Below, one piece after another: positions 18,529 to 28,990 of a stretch of 48,888 nt of DNA. This stretch comes from a virus. Taxonomy: Duplodnaviria; Caudoviricetes. A model generated the notes under the pieces. It saw only the letters and a program-made list of their open reading frames with translations, was not told where the DNA came from and did not search any database. The stretch's first letter is position 1. Each line of letters starts with the position of its first letter. The stretch covers positions 1-48,888 of the IMG/VR virus record IMGVR_UViG_3300025322_000039; one strand, given 5' to 3'. Position numbers and translations under genes: made by a program.

Positions 18529-18729
18529 ATGGCGAAAACAATAAGAACTTATGAGAGAGTATTGTTGGAAAAAGAAATAAAAGCTGCTCATTTCAAAGTA
18601 CTCGAAGGAAGAATCAAAAATTTAGAAGAAGAAATTCTAATTTTAAGGGGACAGATTGAGACGCTTTCACGACAACCAAATAGATTTGAAGAAAGGTCTG
18701 AGAAGGCATTACCAGGAAAAACCGAATAA
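18529..18729 (+). CDS. small coiled-coil protein
   Basis: 66-aa ORF with RBS and heptad pattern. Confidence 0.45.
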   Translation: MAKTIRTYERVLLEKEIKAAHFKVLEGRIKNLEEEILILRGQIETLSRQPNRFEERSEKALPGKTE

Positions 18730-20293
18730 TTACGATCTATTTGATTTATACAATTTTGAGCCTACTGTAAATGGGTTAGTTCCTTACCTTCCTGTAGAGG
18801 AAGCTATCCCAGCTGAAAGAATAACCCTCGAAGGGTTCGATACAACCTTTCCTTTTCCACAGTTATTTATAGGAAAAAGGTATGTTATTCTTGCAGGTCG
18901 TGATGAAATACGTCTCGTCAATCGTGATGATTTTACTCAACCTTTTATTCCTCTTACAACTTATGACGCCGATAATCCCAATTCAGAAAAATCTATAACT
19001 CCTGGAAAACCGTGGACATTTGTAGATATGCAGAACACTTGGTTGTTGACTAATGGAGTAGATACAGTATTCTTTTCAGGTAAAGAAACAATGGTAGGTG
19101 AGACTCCAAAGGTTTATGTCAAGAGTGGTTTGCCAATTGAAACTATGACTTATTGGAAAGGGCGTGTATTTTTTGGGGGATTTGATTACAATCAGTTTTG
19201 GAACACTGACTGGAAAGAGTTTTGGACCAAATGGTACACTAATGAAGATGGTGTTGGTATCAATACTGGCATTTCTGCAACAAGACCGATAAATGAAGAT
19301 ACTCCATTCATGCCAATGGAAGAAAATTTCATTTGGTACTCACTTATAGGAGGAGGCGATGTTTTATGGTTGTTCTTTCCTACCCTTGCTGAGAGTGGTT
19401 ATGTTTCGAGTATTTATGGATCGAGCAAACCTTTGTTGTTTGATCTTTGGCAGAGGGGAGATCAAGGATGGATGGCTATTGATGGTATTGGCAAGGTGCG
19501 CCACTTTCATGCGTTTCAAGATGCCTTGATTGCAGTACTCGATGAGAGTATTCACGCTTTATTCAATGTTCAAAGTCCTGCTCCCATGATTGGACAAAGG
19601 AAGTTATATAACTTAGGAGTAACGGCGAAGGCATTTGCTGGTGATGAACGAAGCTTTGTTTTTATTGACAAAGGAGGAAATCTTGTTCGCATTGATTCTG
19701 ATCTTACAGTTACTGTTGAGGGGTATAAGGAATATTTGTGGAATATCAGAGATACTGATATTGTTATGTTTCATAGCCCTGACCCCTCTGATCTCAAAGG
19801 GATTGGTAAGTATTTTATTTGTACCGAACATAAAACCTTTGTTTATAACGGAGAGCTTTTTGAAACAGGACAACAGATAAAGAGTGTTTCTTATTGGAAG
19901 GGAGACACAATTGGGATTACGGATTACTATGATGATGGAGTTGATGAAGGAAGGATATGTATTGACATTGCAAACTTTCTTGATCCAGGTTTGAAACAGC
20001 TCGATGCCTTTCATGTTTTCTTTAAGGAAGAAACGATTGGAGATTCGATTCCTACTTTGTCATTGGCTGTGGATTATAGATATGGAACGAGGGAAGATTT
20101 TTCAACGACTCCTTATAGATTGATCAATCATAATGGGGAAGTTAATTATCCTGTCACTTCCCTTGATTTTAGATTTAGACTAAAGGTAAATGATTATGCA
20201 AAGATTAAAAGAATCTGGGGCTTCTACCCAGTTATCAAATTCGTTGACAGAAGATTCAAAAGATCAACTTCTATTGATCAAGCTGGTCGGTAA
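18656..20293 (+). CDS. tail nozzle/DNA-stabilisation protein (beta-propeller-like)
   Basis: 545 aa, beta-rich; LTNGVD, YWKGRVFFG, IWYSLIG; follows the adaptor. Confidence 0.65.
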   Translation: MRRFHDNQIDLKKGLRRHYQEKPNNYDLFDLYNFEPTVNGLVPYLPVEEAIPAERITLEGFDTTFPFPQLFIGKRYVILAGRDEIRLVNRDDFTQPFIPLTTYDADNPNSEKSITPGKPWTFVDMQNTWLLTNGVDTVFFSGKETMVGETPKVYVKSGLPIETMTYWKGRVFFGGFDYNQFWNTDWKEFWTKWYTNEDGVGINTGISATRPINEDTPFMPMEENFIWYSLIGGGDVLWLFFPTLAESGYVSSIYGSSKPLLFDLWQRGDQGWMAIDGIGKVRHFHAFQDALIAVLDESIHALFNVQSPAPMIGQRKLYNLGVTAKAFAGDERSFVFIDKGGNLVRIDSDLTVTVEGYKEYLWNIRDTDIVMFHSPDPSDLKGIGKYFICTEHKTFVYNGELFETGQQIKSVSYWKGDTIGITDYYDDGVDEGRICIDIANFLDPGLKQLDAFHVFFKEETIGDSIPTLSLAVDYRYGTREDFSTTPYRLINHNGEVNYPVTSLDFRFRLKVNDYAKIKRIWGFYPVIKFVDRRFKRSTSIDQAGR

Positions 20294-20714
20294 GCAAATT
20301 ACTGATTGGTGGGACAAAGTTTGGTATGTAATGAAAAGCGCTTTGCCTCAGGAAGTAGATGAGCCTGGATTAGATATTGAGAATAACATTTTAAGTTCCG
20401 CAATAAAAGGAGATCTTGAAATTTATTTTGTAATGAGAGGTGACGAATTTATTGGAGTGTTGGCGATTAAAGAAGAAGTCGAATATATATCTGGAACTAA
20501 GAATTTACTAATTTATGCTCTTGCAGGAGTGAAACCTTTAACGATGGAAGATTGGATAGTTGGGTTGAAAGAGTTAAATAAGATTGCACGAATCAAACTT
20601 TGCTCCAACATTATTGCTCAAACTACTAACCATCAAATTATTGATACCATTAAAGCTCTTGGTGGTCAAGCCAGTTGGACTTTAATTAAGATGGGAGTTA
20701 CATGGAATGTGTAA
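20190..20714 (+). CDS. GNAT-like fold protein of the tail/ejection module
   Basis: position before the ejection proteins; LLIYALAG...L..IAR...CSNI pattern; real start may be TTG near 20244. Confidence 0.5.
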   Translation: MIMQRLKESGASTQLSNSLTEDSKDQLLLIKLVGKQITDWWDKVWYVMKSALPQEVDEPGLDIENNILSSAIKGDLEIYFVMRGDEFIGVLAIKEEVEYISGTKNLLIYALAGVKPLTMEDWIVGLKELNKIARIKLCSNIIAQTTNHQIIDTIKALGGQASWTLIKMGVTWNV

Positions 20715-21168
20715 GATCAGAGAATATGAAGTACAGGATGTAGAGGAAATCATTTCTTTGGGCAGATTGATGCATGAAGAAGGAGCTTATTCTTTTCTTC
20801 CTTATGAACCTAATAAACTCAAATTGCTCCTTTATCAATTTAAAGTAACTGGAAATGGTAATGTATGGATTGGATTTGAGAATGATATAATTGTAGGAAT
20901 GATTTCTGTTTTTATAACAGAGTACTTCTTTTGCTATGAAAAAATAGTTCAGGATCTCGTTTTATATGTTCATCCTGATTTCAGAAACAAAAACTCAACT
21001 TTAGCTATTAAATTAATTAAGTCAGCAGAACAGTGGGCTAAGTTTAATGGAGCAAAAGAATTTTGTCCAGCGTCAAGTATTTCTATTTCATCAGACAAAG
21101 TTGCCAAATTGTATACTTTTTTAAAGTATGAAACAGTAGGCCACTTATTTAAAAAGAGGTTACAATGA
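20707..21168 (+). CDS. GNAT acetyltransferase
   Basis: IREYEVQD, LYVHPDFR, LIKSAEQWAKFNGA, KLYTFLKYE. Confidence 0.8.
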   Translation: MCKIREYEVQDVEEIISLGRLMHEEGAYSFLPYEPNKLKLLLYQFKVTGNGNVWIGFENDIIVGMISVFITEYFFCYEKIVQDLVLYVHPDFRNKNSTLAIKLIKSAEQWAKFNGAKEFCPASSISISSDKVAKLYTFLKYETVGHLFKKRLQ

Positions 21169-22310
21169 TTTGGGATTATAAATTTTTTGGTTTGACTGGA
21201 AGGATCGTTGAACAGATTGTATCTACTTGGGAGCCTTTCACTTTGTATTGTGGTGGTGGAGGCCAATCAGGAGCAGTAACAATCGATCCTACAATAAAAA
21301 CATATTTTAGAGATATGATGAATGATACTGGTGAGCGTACGCTTAACCTCAGTATGTACGATCTCGTTAATACAGCTACTGGATCAGCTGGTAATCCATA
21401 TAGTGGAGATTTCTCATTTAATCCAACGGCGGCGCTATCTTTCTCTGGTGCAAGTCCTCTCGGTTATATGAGAGGTGTTTGGGATGATGCAATTCAGCAA
21501 GTCACGGATTTAAACCCCGAAACTTTTTGGAAAAGCGCAGTGGATGCTGCTTATTCAAAGTTGGACAAATTCTCCTCCATTGATTTTGTAAGTAGTTTGG
21601 CTACTGTAGTATCGACTTTAATGACTCAAGTCAATACAGCTCTAAGCAATGCTAATATAGAATCTGCAGTCACTGCTTACGAAACTGAAAAAACCCCCCA
21701 GTTTATGAGAAGTGTTGGTAGATTCGCTGCAGGAGCGGCTGATGTTAATGCAGTGATGAGCTCCGCCTTCATAATGGGAATTGCTTTTATGGAGAATGAA
21801 TTTGCAAACGAAGTTGACAATTTTAGAAAACAGTTAAAATTCCAGATTCTTGGTTCAATGGTTTCAACTACGTTGGAGAATTGGCTAAAGGCGCAATTAG
21901 GAAGAATTTTAAATAAAGATCAAATGATTCTTAGTGCCCCTTCTCTTATTGCAGAACTTGAAAAACTTAGAGAAGGACTTTTTATTGACTTAGCTCGACT
22001 AAGAGCAGATATTGAAAGACTTGTTATTATAGCCAAACAAGAACAAGTGGATGAGCAACTTAGAATAGATGTTTCCGAAGCTAAGTGGGACTTAGAAGCA
22101 ATGGTTTTTGCCACTAATCTTCTCGGCGCCGCTCAAGGAGGAACAGGATATGTTCCTCCTGCTCCTTCGAAAACTCAATCTGCTCTTAGTGGAGCATTTG
22201 GGGGAGCTGCTCTTGGAGCTGGGATTGGTTCTATTGTTCCTGGTGTAGGTACAGCAATTGGAGCTGGAATTGGAGCACTCTTAGGTTTCGGTGCAGGCTT
22301 ACTTGGTTAG
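21165..22310 (+). CDS. internal virion/ejection (pilot) protein
   Basis: leader ending LYC-GGGG; C-terminal glycine zipper GAFGGAALGAGIG...GALLGFGAGLLG. Confidence 0.7.
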   Translation: MIWDYKFFGLTGRIVEQIVSTWEPFTLYCGGGGQSGAVTIDPTIKTYFRDMMNDTGERTLNLSMYDLVNTATGSAGNPYSGDFSFNPTAALSFSGASPLGYMRGVWDDAIQQVTDLNPETFWKSAVDAAYSKLDKFSSIDFVSSLATVVSTLMTQVNTALSNANIESAVTAYETEKTPQFMRSVGRFAAGAADVNAVMSSAFIMGIAFMENEFANEVDNFRKQLKFQILGSMVSTTLENWLKAQLGRILNKDQMILSAPSLIAELEKLREGLFIDLARLRADIERLVIIAKQEQVDEQLRIDVSEAKWDLEAMVFATNLLGAAQGGTGYVPPAPSKTQSALSGAFGGAALGAGIGSIVPGVGTAIGAGIGALLGFGAGLLG

Positions 22311-22324
22311 AAAGGAGAAAAGAA

Positions 22325-23665
22325 ATGCCATACAGTGATATATTTAATAAGTATCTAAATTTGAAACCTCTCAGTTCAAGGGATTCTTTGAAGAGAAGGA
22401 AAATAGCTCCTGGAATTACTGCTGTCTCATCTCTTCGTACAGTTGATCCAGGTATTTCAGATGTGTCAAGACAGACTGAAATGCTTGGGCAGTATCTGAC
22501 TAAACTGGAAGACCCAAATAATCCTTTAACGGAAGTTCAGCTTCCTGATGGTACAGTTTTTAAGGGGTCTTACAATGCTCCACAACCTATTCCAACTACA
22601 CCGCCCGCTCCATCTGCTCCTCAAATTCCTTCATTCAATCCTCCAGCTGTTATTCCTACAAGAGATTTGACAGTTTCTCAACCCTCTTTCCCTGGTGTTG
22701 AACCTCCAGGTCCATTGCCTGCTCCGCCTACTCCTGCTTTCGGCAGTTTTGGTGATTTTCTCAAGAGTCCGCTTTTCCGAGCTACACTGGGACGTATCGC
22801 ACAAGCGATTGGAACAACTAAAGATTACACTACAATTGGGGCTCAGTTAGGAAAACTTGGTGAAGACCTTGCAGTGAGTCAAAGTTATAGTACTTATCTA
22901 TCTGATTTATATGCAGGCAAGAGTCAAAAAGAGTTGGCTGAGAACCCTAATTATACTATTCTTTCACAGGAAGCTAAAGCTCAAGCGATGCAAACTTTCC
23001 TTCTTTCACAGGAAGCGGAACGATCTGGTAAAAGACTGGAGTTGGAAGAAAGAAGAGTAGGAACGGAAGAAAGGCGAGCAACTGATTACAGTAAGTTAGT
23101 TGAGTCAGACATTGCTGGCACAATATCTGCCAAAGATAAAATAAAGTTAGAGGAAGCAGCTTTAGCCTTACAAAGTAAACAGATATCTCATGGCAGGTTT
23201 ATCAATCTTAATGAAATTACCTTATTCGATACAGAGAAAATGGAATTTATCCAGGTTCCTGGTGGAAATATGAAAGACGCCTTCAATTTAGGACAATTGA
23301 CTCCCGCCGAACAAAAGCAATTTATGGATTTTACTGCTGCCGATTTTTTGAATGATGCTAAAGCAAAGTATGTGGAAATGTTGAAGGAAGGAAATCCTAA
23401 GCAAACGAACGTGGATGCTGTAAGGAAAGCGCTTATGTACTTTGAAGTCGATGAACAAGCCGGGACAGTAAACTGGCAGAAGGTTGTTAGTTATTTAGAT
23501 GTCGAACAGCAGAACGAGTTTAGGAAAGTAGTTGGTTTGTATGTAACACAGCGTTTCGGAGGGATTCCAGCTTCCTATACCTTTACTACTAATCCTCGAA
23601 GCCTGCTTCAACCTTCGCCAACTGTGCAACCAACTCCAGGAACTAAACCAGTGGTAAGACCATAA
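22325..23665 (+). CDS. internal virion/ejection protein
   Basis: Pro-rich linker plus coiled coils; lies between the pilot protein and the large ejection protein. Confidence 0.6.
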   Translation: MPYSDIFNKYLNLKPLSSRDSLKRRKIAPGITAVSSLRTVDPGISDVSRQTEMLGQYLTKLEDPNNPLTEVQLPDGTVFKGSYNAPQPIPTTPPAPSAPQIPSFNPPAVIPTRDLTVSQPSFPGVEPPGPLPAPPTPAFGSFGDFLKSPLFRATLGRIAQAIGTTKDYTTIGAQLGKLGEDLAVSQSYSTYLSDLYAGKSQKELAENPNYTILSQEAKAQAMQTFLLSQEAERSGKRLELEERRVGTEERRATDYSKLVESDIAGTISAKDKIKLEEAALALQSKQISHGRFINLNEITLFDTEKMEFIQVPGGNMKDAFNLGQLTPAEQKQFMDFTAADFLNDAKAKYVEMLKEGNPKQTNVDAVRKALMYFEVDEQAGTVNWQKVVSYLDVEQQNEFRKVVGLYVTQRFGGIPASYTFTTNPRSLLQPSPTVQPTPGTKPVVRP

Positions 23666-26600
23666 TGCCTACTGAGCTTAAGCGATTTTACACAGACCTC
23701 TCACAATTTATTGATCTTCAAACTCCAGAAGGTCAGCCTCTTAACTTTCGCCAATTTACTCTGACTATGCGTGACCCAAAGGCGAGAGAATCTTTTTATG
23801 AACAGACGTCACAATATGTTGATCTCGGTCCACACGAAGAATTTAATAAAAGTATCGGAGAAGGTCTTAAGGAAATCCCAGAAGATTATGCAAGTTATGA
23901 TACCGACATCGGGCGCTTTTCTTCTGGACTTGGTAGTTTTGTCCAAAGTTTTACTTCCGTTATTGCAGGAGTTCCTGAAAGCGTAGCAATACTTTCTAAA
24001 AAGCTCGCACAAGTTACTGGATTACCCGACAAGCCTTTATCAGAGTATGCAACCTATGAACTTGGACAAGATATTAAGAAGGTTGCGGCGGATTTGTTTC
24101 CTACAAATCCAAAATATCAAGAAGAATTTTTTACTACGACTCTCGCACAAGGAGCTGGGAGTCTGGCAGGTTTTGTTTCTGGGGGTTTAATTGCAAAAGG
24201 ATTAAAAATCTCCGTTCTTGCAACATCTGCCTTTCTTGGATCTACAACCGTTTCAGCCGATGAATACCATCAGGCTCTGCAAGAAACTGGAGATGAAGAG
24301 ACAGCCTTCAAAACTTGGCTTGCCAATCTTCCTTGGGGAGCCTCTGAAGCCATTCCAATCAATCGTGCTTTTCAAAGGATTGACAGGGTGACGGGTGGAG
24401 GAATCAAAAAAATCCTGTCTAAGTCATTGCAATTTGTTAAAGGTGGTCTTGAAGAAATGATCCAAGAGACCTTTCAACAATTTATGAGCAATGCAACGGC
24501 GAAACAGATTTATAATGCAGAACGCAGTTTAACTGCCGGAGTACGTGAAGGCGGCTTGTCGGGGTTTATTCTTGGAATGGCATTAAATGCTATGGGAATA
24601 AGTGCGAAGGTGTTAGGAAGGAATGCTCCTACATTTGGAAAAACTCCAACAGAAGGCGAACTTGCTGATCTCAATGCAACTCAGAGTGAGGTTAGTGCTG
24701 AGGAAAGAGTAAGACAGCAAGTCAAGAGTGCAATTGGTGTGAGTGAAACTGGAGGTGAGTTTGAGGCAGAGACTGCAGTGCAATTCCTAAGAGGATTGAG
24801 TCAATATACTGGGAAGAATCTTGCTGAACTTGTAGAGTTTGGAGTTGGAAAAAATCTTATTGATGAGCTCAAAGGAAAAACTATTGATTCTTTAAGTGAA
24901 GTTCCAGAACTTGCTTCTTCACAAGAAGCGTTTATTGTTGGAAAACATTTGTCGGATAAAGCGGAAACAGAAATAAGAGAAGAAGTTATTAAACTTAATA
25001 AAGAAGTACTTAGTGGAGAAAGTAGACAAATTATAGGAGGGCGAGATCAACTTTTAAGAGAGTCTCTATTCTCGAAAACAGGAAAATTTATTACATTCAA
25101 TGAGCAAACTGGTCAATTGGATGAATCTGAACTTCCCTCTACTGTTCAAGAAATGATAAGTGGGGCAGAGAAATCTTATCTCGAAAATCAGGTCGGTGTA
25201 CAGTTCTTTAAGGATGGTCGTGCATTTGTATCTCTTACTCAAAGTTCTGATGTATCTACAATTGTGAGAGGTTTTGCTCAAGTAGCTAAGTTATATCTTA
25301 ATGTTTCTGATCAGAAGATTTCTAATGAATTAACTGATGAAGAATTTACAACATCTTTTGAGTCATGGGTATCAAGTGGAAGAACTTCAAATCCACGACT
25401 CAAAACGATTTTTCAAAAGCTCCGTCTCATGTTTGAAAAAATATATTCCGCCTTCCATGAAAATCTTGGCGTCGAGTTTTCTCCTCAGATGGAAGCCCTG
25501 TTCGATCGTATGACTGGAGGCGTAGAATTAATGGGTCAAGAAGATCAGATTTCCCATGCTCAAAGTCAGGTCGACGAAAGTTATTGGTTAAATCAACTGT
25601 ATGGAGAAGACGAGGAAGGAAGAGCAAAGAGTAATGAAGGTGAACGCCTTAACACTGGAACTATCGGAGTTGATCCTGAAGTTATTGCAAAAGGAAAAAA
25701 TGAAGCTGGAGATATAAGTTATAATCGACCTAATTCAGTTTGGTGGTTAAGTCAAAAATCAAAGTTCCCACTTCATATTTTTAACAAACTTAGAAGAAAC
25801 TCCACCGATCCTTCCAAACCATCAATGCCTGAAATGTCTTCCCTTCGAATCATATGGGGTGACTTAGCAGTTAAGGGAAAAGATAGAGATTACGAATCTC
25901 ATTACAAAAAGTTGCGTCCTGCTTGGTGGCGCCGATTGGCAACTGAGAGATCTACAGTCAAAGAAATAGAATCCAAGATTCCAGAAGCTGTTGGGCTCAT
26001 CCACAAAATAAGAAGTGAAAACGTACCGATTACATTAATTGAACAAGCTAAAAAAGAGCTTGCTAATCTTTATGTAAAGTATCCAGAACTTCAACAGGCT
26101 ATAGATGGAGTTGATGGAAGAGGTGGGCTAATTCAGCTTCTTGAACAAGTTAAAGAAGAAACCAAAGCATCTAAAAGAAAGCAATATGAAATAGATTTGG
26201 ATGAGTTTCAATTTAGTGTTTTTAAAGAAGTTGTTGACGAAGGTAGAAAAACAGAATCGGCTGTAAGAAGAAACACTGACGTAATTACTTTAGCTAAAGA
26301 AAAGTATATACAGAATAGGCTTAAGAAACCTTCACGAAGAACAAGGAAGCGCCGTACAAGAGATGAAGTCGAAACATCATGGAATGAACTTACTGCTGAT
26401 GAAAGAACAGCTTACATAGATAAGACTGTTGCTAACTTAGTTTCAAAATTAAATCGTGATGTTATTGATCCATATAAAGATATAGATACTTGGGGAATTC
26501 AAGATTACTTTCCTCATGTTGAACTTGGAAATTATGCTATTTACGATGGTAAGGATAGACGTGTAGGATTCGGGCGCAATCATAAAGAAGCCAAAAATAA

Positions 26601-28509
26601 AGCTTATAAACTTCGCCAAGAACTTAAAGCTCAAGGAGAAGATCCTGGTTTGTACGAAATCAAAGCCGAACCAGCAAGAGTCGATCCTACTGCTAAGAGG
26701 GAATTTAAGATAGTAGATGAAAAAGGAAAAGAACTTGCAAGGACAAATGACTTTGATGAAGCGAGAAAGAAAGTAATAGAATTTCGCAAGGAGGGGAAAT
26801 GGACACAAGTTGAGCATGGTATTCTTAAGGGAGATAATATATTTGATATCCTCCCCATTTATATTCATGCCATGAATAAACGTAATATACTTGGTCCCAT
26901 TCAGAAGCAGATTAAGAAGGAGATAAAGGAAAATCCAGACATTTATACTCCTGACCTAATTGCTATTCTTCATTCTCAAATGAAAGCAGCTCAGGGTTCT
27001 ACCCATGGTTGGATTGATAATACATTTGATAGAATATCATTTGCCTTTGGGTGGGAAACTGGGAAGGCGGCCAAATGGGCAAGAGGAGCTAAGTGGATTA
27101 CTGCTGTAACTAAACTAGGATATCGTCCTGTTGCTACTGCTTTGAATGCTATGTCAGGTTTTGGTATGACTTACACTAAGGTAGGAAACGAAGTTTATGT
27201 TAAAGCTCAAGATGTTTATGAAGGAGAAACTAGAATTTATAAAGGACTTGATGGAGTTGAAGTTGATATGCTCCAAAAAATTAAGGACATTGAAGATGAA
27301 CATAGACTTGGAACTACACTTGGTGTTGATGCTTCAGGAAATATAAAACAGAAACTTTCTGTTTTTCATCCTCTTGGTCCTTTCACAAGAGTAGAACGCC
27401 CTGTCCGTGAATTCGGATTTATAGCAAATTATATTCTCCAGCGAGAAAAGTTTGGTTTAAATGATGCAGATGCTACCATCCAAGCCATTGAGAATATGTA
27501 CTTCCAACAAGCCACTTATAATGCAGCTGCTATTCCTGAAATGCTTAGAGGAACTGGTGGGAGCGTTGTTGGACAATTTAAAGCTTATTTTATAAATCAT
27601 CTTCAATTCGTTTCTTCTCTTAGAGGATGGGAGATACCTCGTTATTTAGGAGTATCGCTTGTTATTGGCGGACCAAGAGCATTAATTTATTTCCTCAAGA
27701 CAGTTCCAATCCTTCTTGCCTTTGGATTAGATGATAATCTTGACGATCTTGAAAGGTGGATTATCACAGGTGAAGATCCACTCGCCGTTGTAAGTAGAGG
27801 AGTTCCTGGTTTACTTGGGGCGGATATCTCTGCTCCAGCAACTTTCCAATTTCCTCAACAACCTCTCGAATGGCTCGGTCCAATTGTAGCTGAAACGGTT
27901 TCTCTTACTAAAGATGTTATAACTCCTGCAGTATCTGCGGCAGTTGATGCAGCTCTTGGAGAAGAAGCCAAAGATAGACCTGGATTTTTAACTGAAAGGG
28001 GAATTAATTGGGCAGAGGGTCTTGCTCCTATTTACTATTATCTTAATCAGTTTTTGGATAGTGTAGTTCTTGCTTGGGATTACACAGGTGAGAAGGACCC
28101 TTTTGCTAAGAGGTTGTGGGATACTTACCATATGCCTGATATATGGATTAGAGATTCTCAAAACAATCTCGCTTATCCAGTAGGGGGAGCTCAAGATAGA
28201 TTGTTGCTTGCTTTGGGAGCATCACCTATTGTTAAGTCTGACTATTCTCTTATGAAGCAACATCTCGAAAGGAAAATGGAAATTCGTAAAGATAATCGCA
28301 AAATATTACTGAGGAGAATTACAAGAAAACTGAATGAGGGAGAACTACTCAGTGATGATGATTTGCAGGATATGCTTATCTATGACTTAAATCCTGAATC
28401 AATCCCAAATGCTTTTAAATGGCAAAACATGACTCCAGAAATGAGAGAAGTATGGAAGCAGAGTATCCTTGATAGAGCAGATGCGATTGATATTATGGGA
28501 TTAGAATAA
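23665..28509 (+). CDS. large internal virion/ejection (polyvalent-type) protein with a degenerate metallopeptidase domain
   Basis: 1614 aa; Gly/Ala-rich region with GASEAIP...EEMIQE; STIVRGFAQ...EEFTTSFESW..SG...L..IF.KL; C-terminal GQFKAY membrane-type region. Confidence 0.7.
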   Translation: MPTELKRFYTDLSQFIDLQTPEGQPLNFRQFTLTMRDPKARESFYEQTSQYVDLGPHEEFNKSIGEGLKEIPEDYASYDTDIGRFSSGLGSFVQSFTSVIAGVPESVAILSKKLAQVTGLPDKPLSEYATYELGQDIKKVAADLFPTNPKYQEEFFTTTLAQGAGSLAGFVSGGLIAKGLKISVLATSAFLGSTTVSADEYHQALQETGDEETAFKTWLANLPWGASEAIPINRAFQRIDRVTGGGIKKILSKSLQFVKGGLEEMIQETFQQFMSNATAKQIYNAERSLTAGVREGGLSGFILGMALNAMGISAKVLGRNAPTFGKTPTEGELADLNATQSEVSAEERVRQQVKSAIGVSETGGEFEAETAVQFLRGLSQYTGKNLAELVEFGVGKNLIDELKGKTIDSLSEVPELASSQEAFIVGKHLSDKAETEIREEVIKLNKEVLSGESRQIIGGRDQLLRESLFSKTGKFITFNEQTGQLDESELPSTVQEMISGAEKSYLENQVGVQFFKDGRAFVSLTQSSDVSTIVRGFAQVAKLYLNVSDQKISNELTDEEFTTSFESWVSSGRTSNPRLKTIFQKLRLMFEKIYSAFHENLGVEFSPQMEALFDRMTGGVELMGQEDQISHAQSQVDESYWLNQLYGEDEEGRAKSNEGERLNTGTIGVDPEVIAKGKNEAGDISYNRPNSVWWLSQKSKFPLHIFNKLRRNSTDPSKPSMPEMSSLRIIWGDLAVKGKDRDYESHYKKLRPAWWRRLATERSTVKEIESKIPEAVGLIHKIRSENVPITLIEQAKKELANLYVKYPELQQAIDGVDGRGGLIQLLEQVKEETKASKRKQYEIDLDEFQFSVFKEVVDEGRKTESAVRRNTDVITLAKEKYIQNRLKKPSRRTRKRRTRDEVETSWNELTADERTAYIDKTVANLVSKLNRDVIDPYKDIDTWGIQDYFPHVELGNYAIYDGKDRRVGFGRNHKEAKNKAYKLRQELKAQGEDPGLYEIKAEPARVDPTAKREFKIVDEKGKELARTNDFDEARKKVIEFRKEGKWTQVEHGILKGDNIFDILPIYIHAMNKRNILGPIQKQIKKEIKENPDIYTPDLIAILHSQMKAAQGSTHGWIDNTFDRISFAFGWETGKAAKWARGAKWITAVTKLGYRPVATALNAMSGFGMTYTKVGNEVYVKAQDVYEGETRIYKGLDGVEVDMLQKIKDIEDEHRLGTTLGVDASGNIKQKLSVFHPLGPFTRVERPVREFGFIANYILQREKFGLNDADATIQAIENMYFQQATYNAAAIPEMLRGTGGSVVGQFKAYFINHLQFVSSLRGWEIPRYLGVSLVIGGPRALIYFLKTVPILLAFGLDDNLDDLERWIITGEDPLAVVSRGVPGLLGADISAPATFQFPQQPLEWLGPIVAETVSLTKDVITPAVSAAVDAALGEEAKDRPGFLTERGINWAEGLAPIYYYLNQFLDSVVLAWDYTGEKDPFAKRLWDTYHMPDIWIRDSQNNLAYPVGGAQDRLLLALGASPIVKSDYSLMKQHLERKMEIRKDNRKILLRRITRKLNEGELLSDDDLQDMLIYDLNPESIPNAFKWQNMTPEMREVWKQSILDRADAIDIMGLE

Positions 28510-28513
28510 GACT

Positions 28514-28990
28514 TCACCCTTCCTTACGTTCATTTCGTGAACGTGAGATTAAATCACTAATTTTCATTTCAAAATAATTTAACATATTTTTCTTCAAAAT
28601 AGGTTTAGGGCTTGACCTAAAGTTTTCGTATGACGAATAAGTTCCTTCTTTAATCCCAAGATCTGTCGCAACTTCTCTCGCACTCATACCAAGAGTTTTT
28701 CTAAGGTCTTTCCAATCAACTTCGATCTTTATCCCAATTGGTTCTTTCTCATTTAAAGGTAATGGATAAATGTGAATACGATCTTTGAGAATGCTGTAAC
28801 AGCAATTGTAAAACGCTACGTCGATAGGTTTTCCCTTGTCGATCATAATACATTCACTTGGTTTTATGCTATGAAGGCGGAGCAAATAATCAGCAGTTCG
28901 ATAGACTGCTGTACGATTGCCATAACTCCAACCAGGAAAGATAATATATTTAACTTTTCTTTTCATCTTTGTTGTCATAATTAAATACAA
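28514..28990 (-). CDS. protein with C-terminal XRE-type HTH
   Basis: LRKTLGMSAREVATDLGIKEGTYSSYEN...P. Confidence 0.7.
   Translation of the reverse strand: MYLIMTTKMKRKVKYIIFPGWSYGNRTAVYRTADYLLRLHSIKPSECIMIDKGKPIDVAFYNCCYSILKDRIHIYPLPLNEKEPIGIKIEVDWKDLRKTLGMSAREVATDLGIKEGTYSSYENFRSSPKPILKKNMLNYFEMKISDLISRSRNERKEG
28523..28547 (-). repeat. dispersed 25-bp palindromic element, copy 2
   Basis: - strand CTCACGTTCA-CGAAA-TGAACGTAAG, at the convergence of the two genome arms. Confidence 0.85.
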
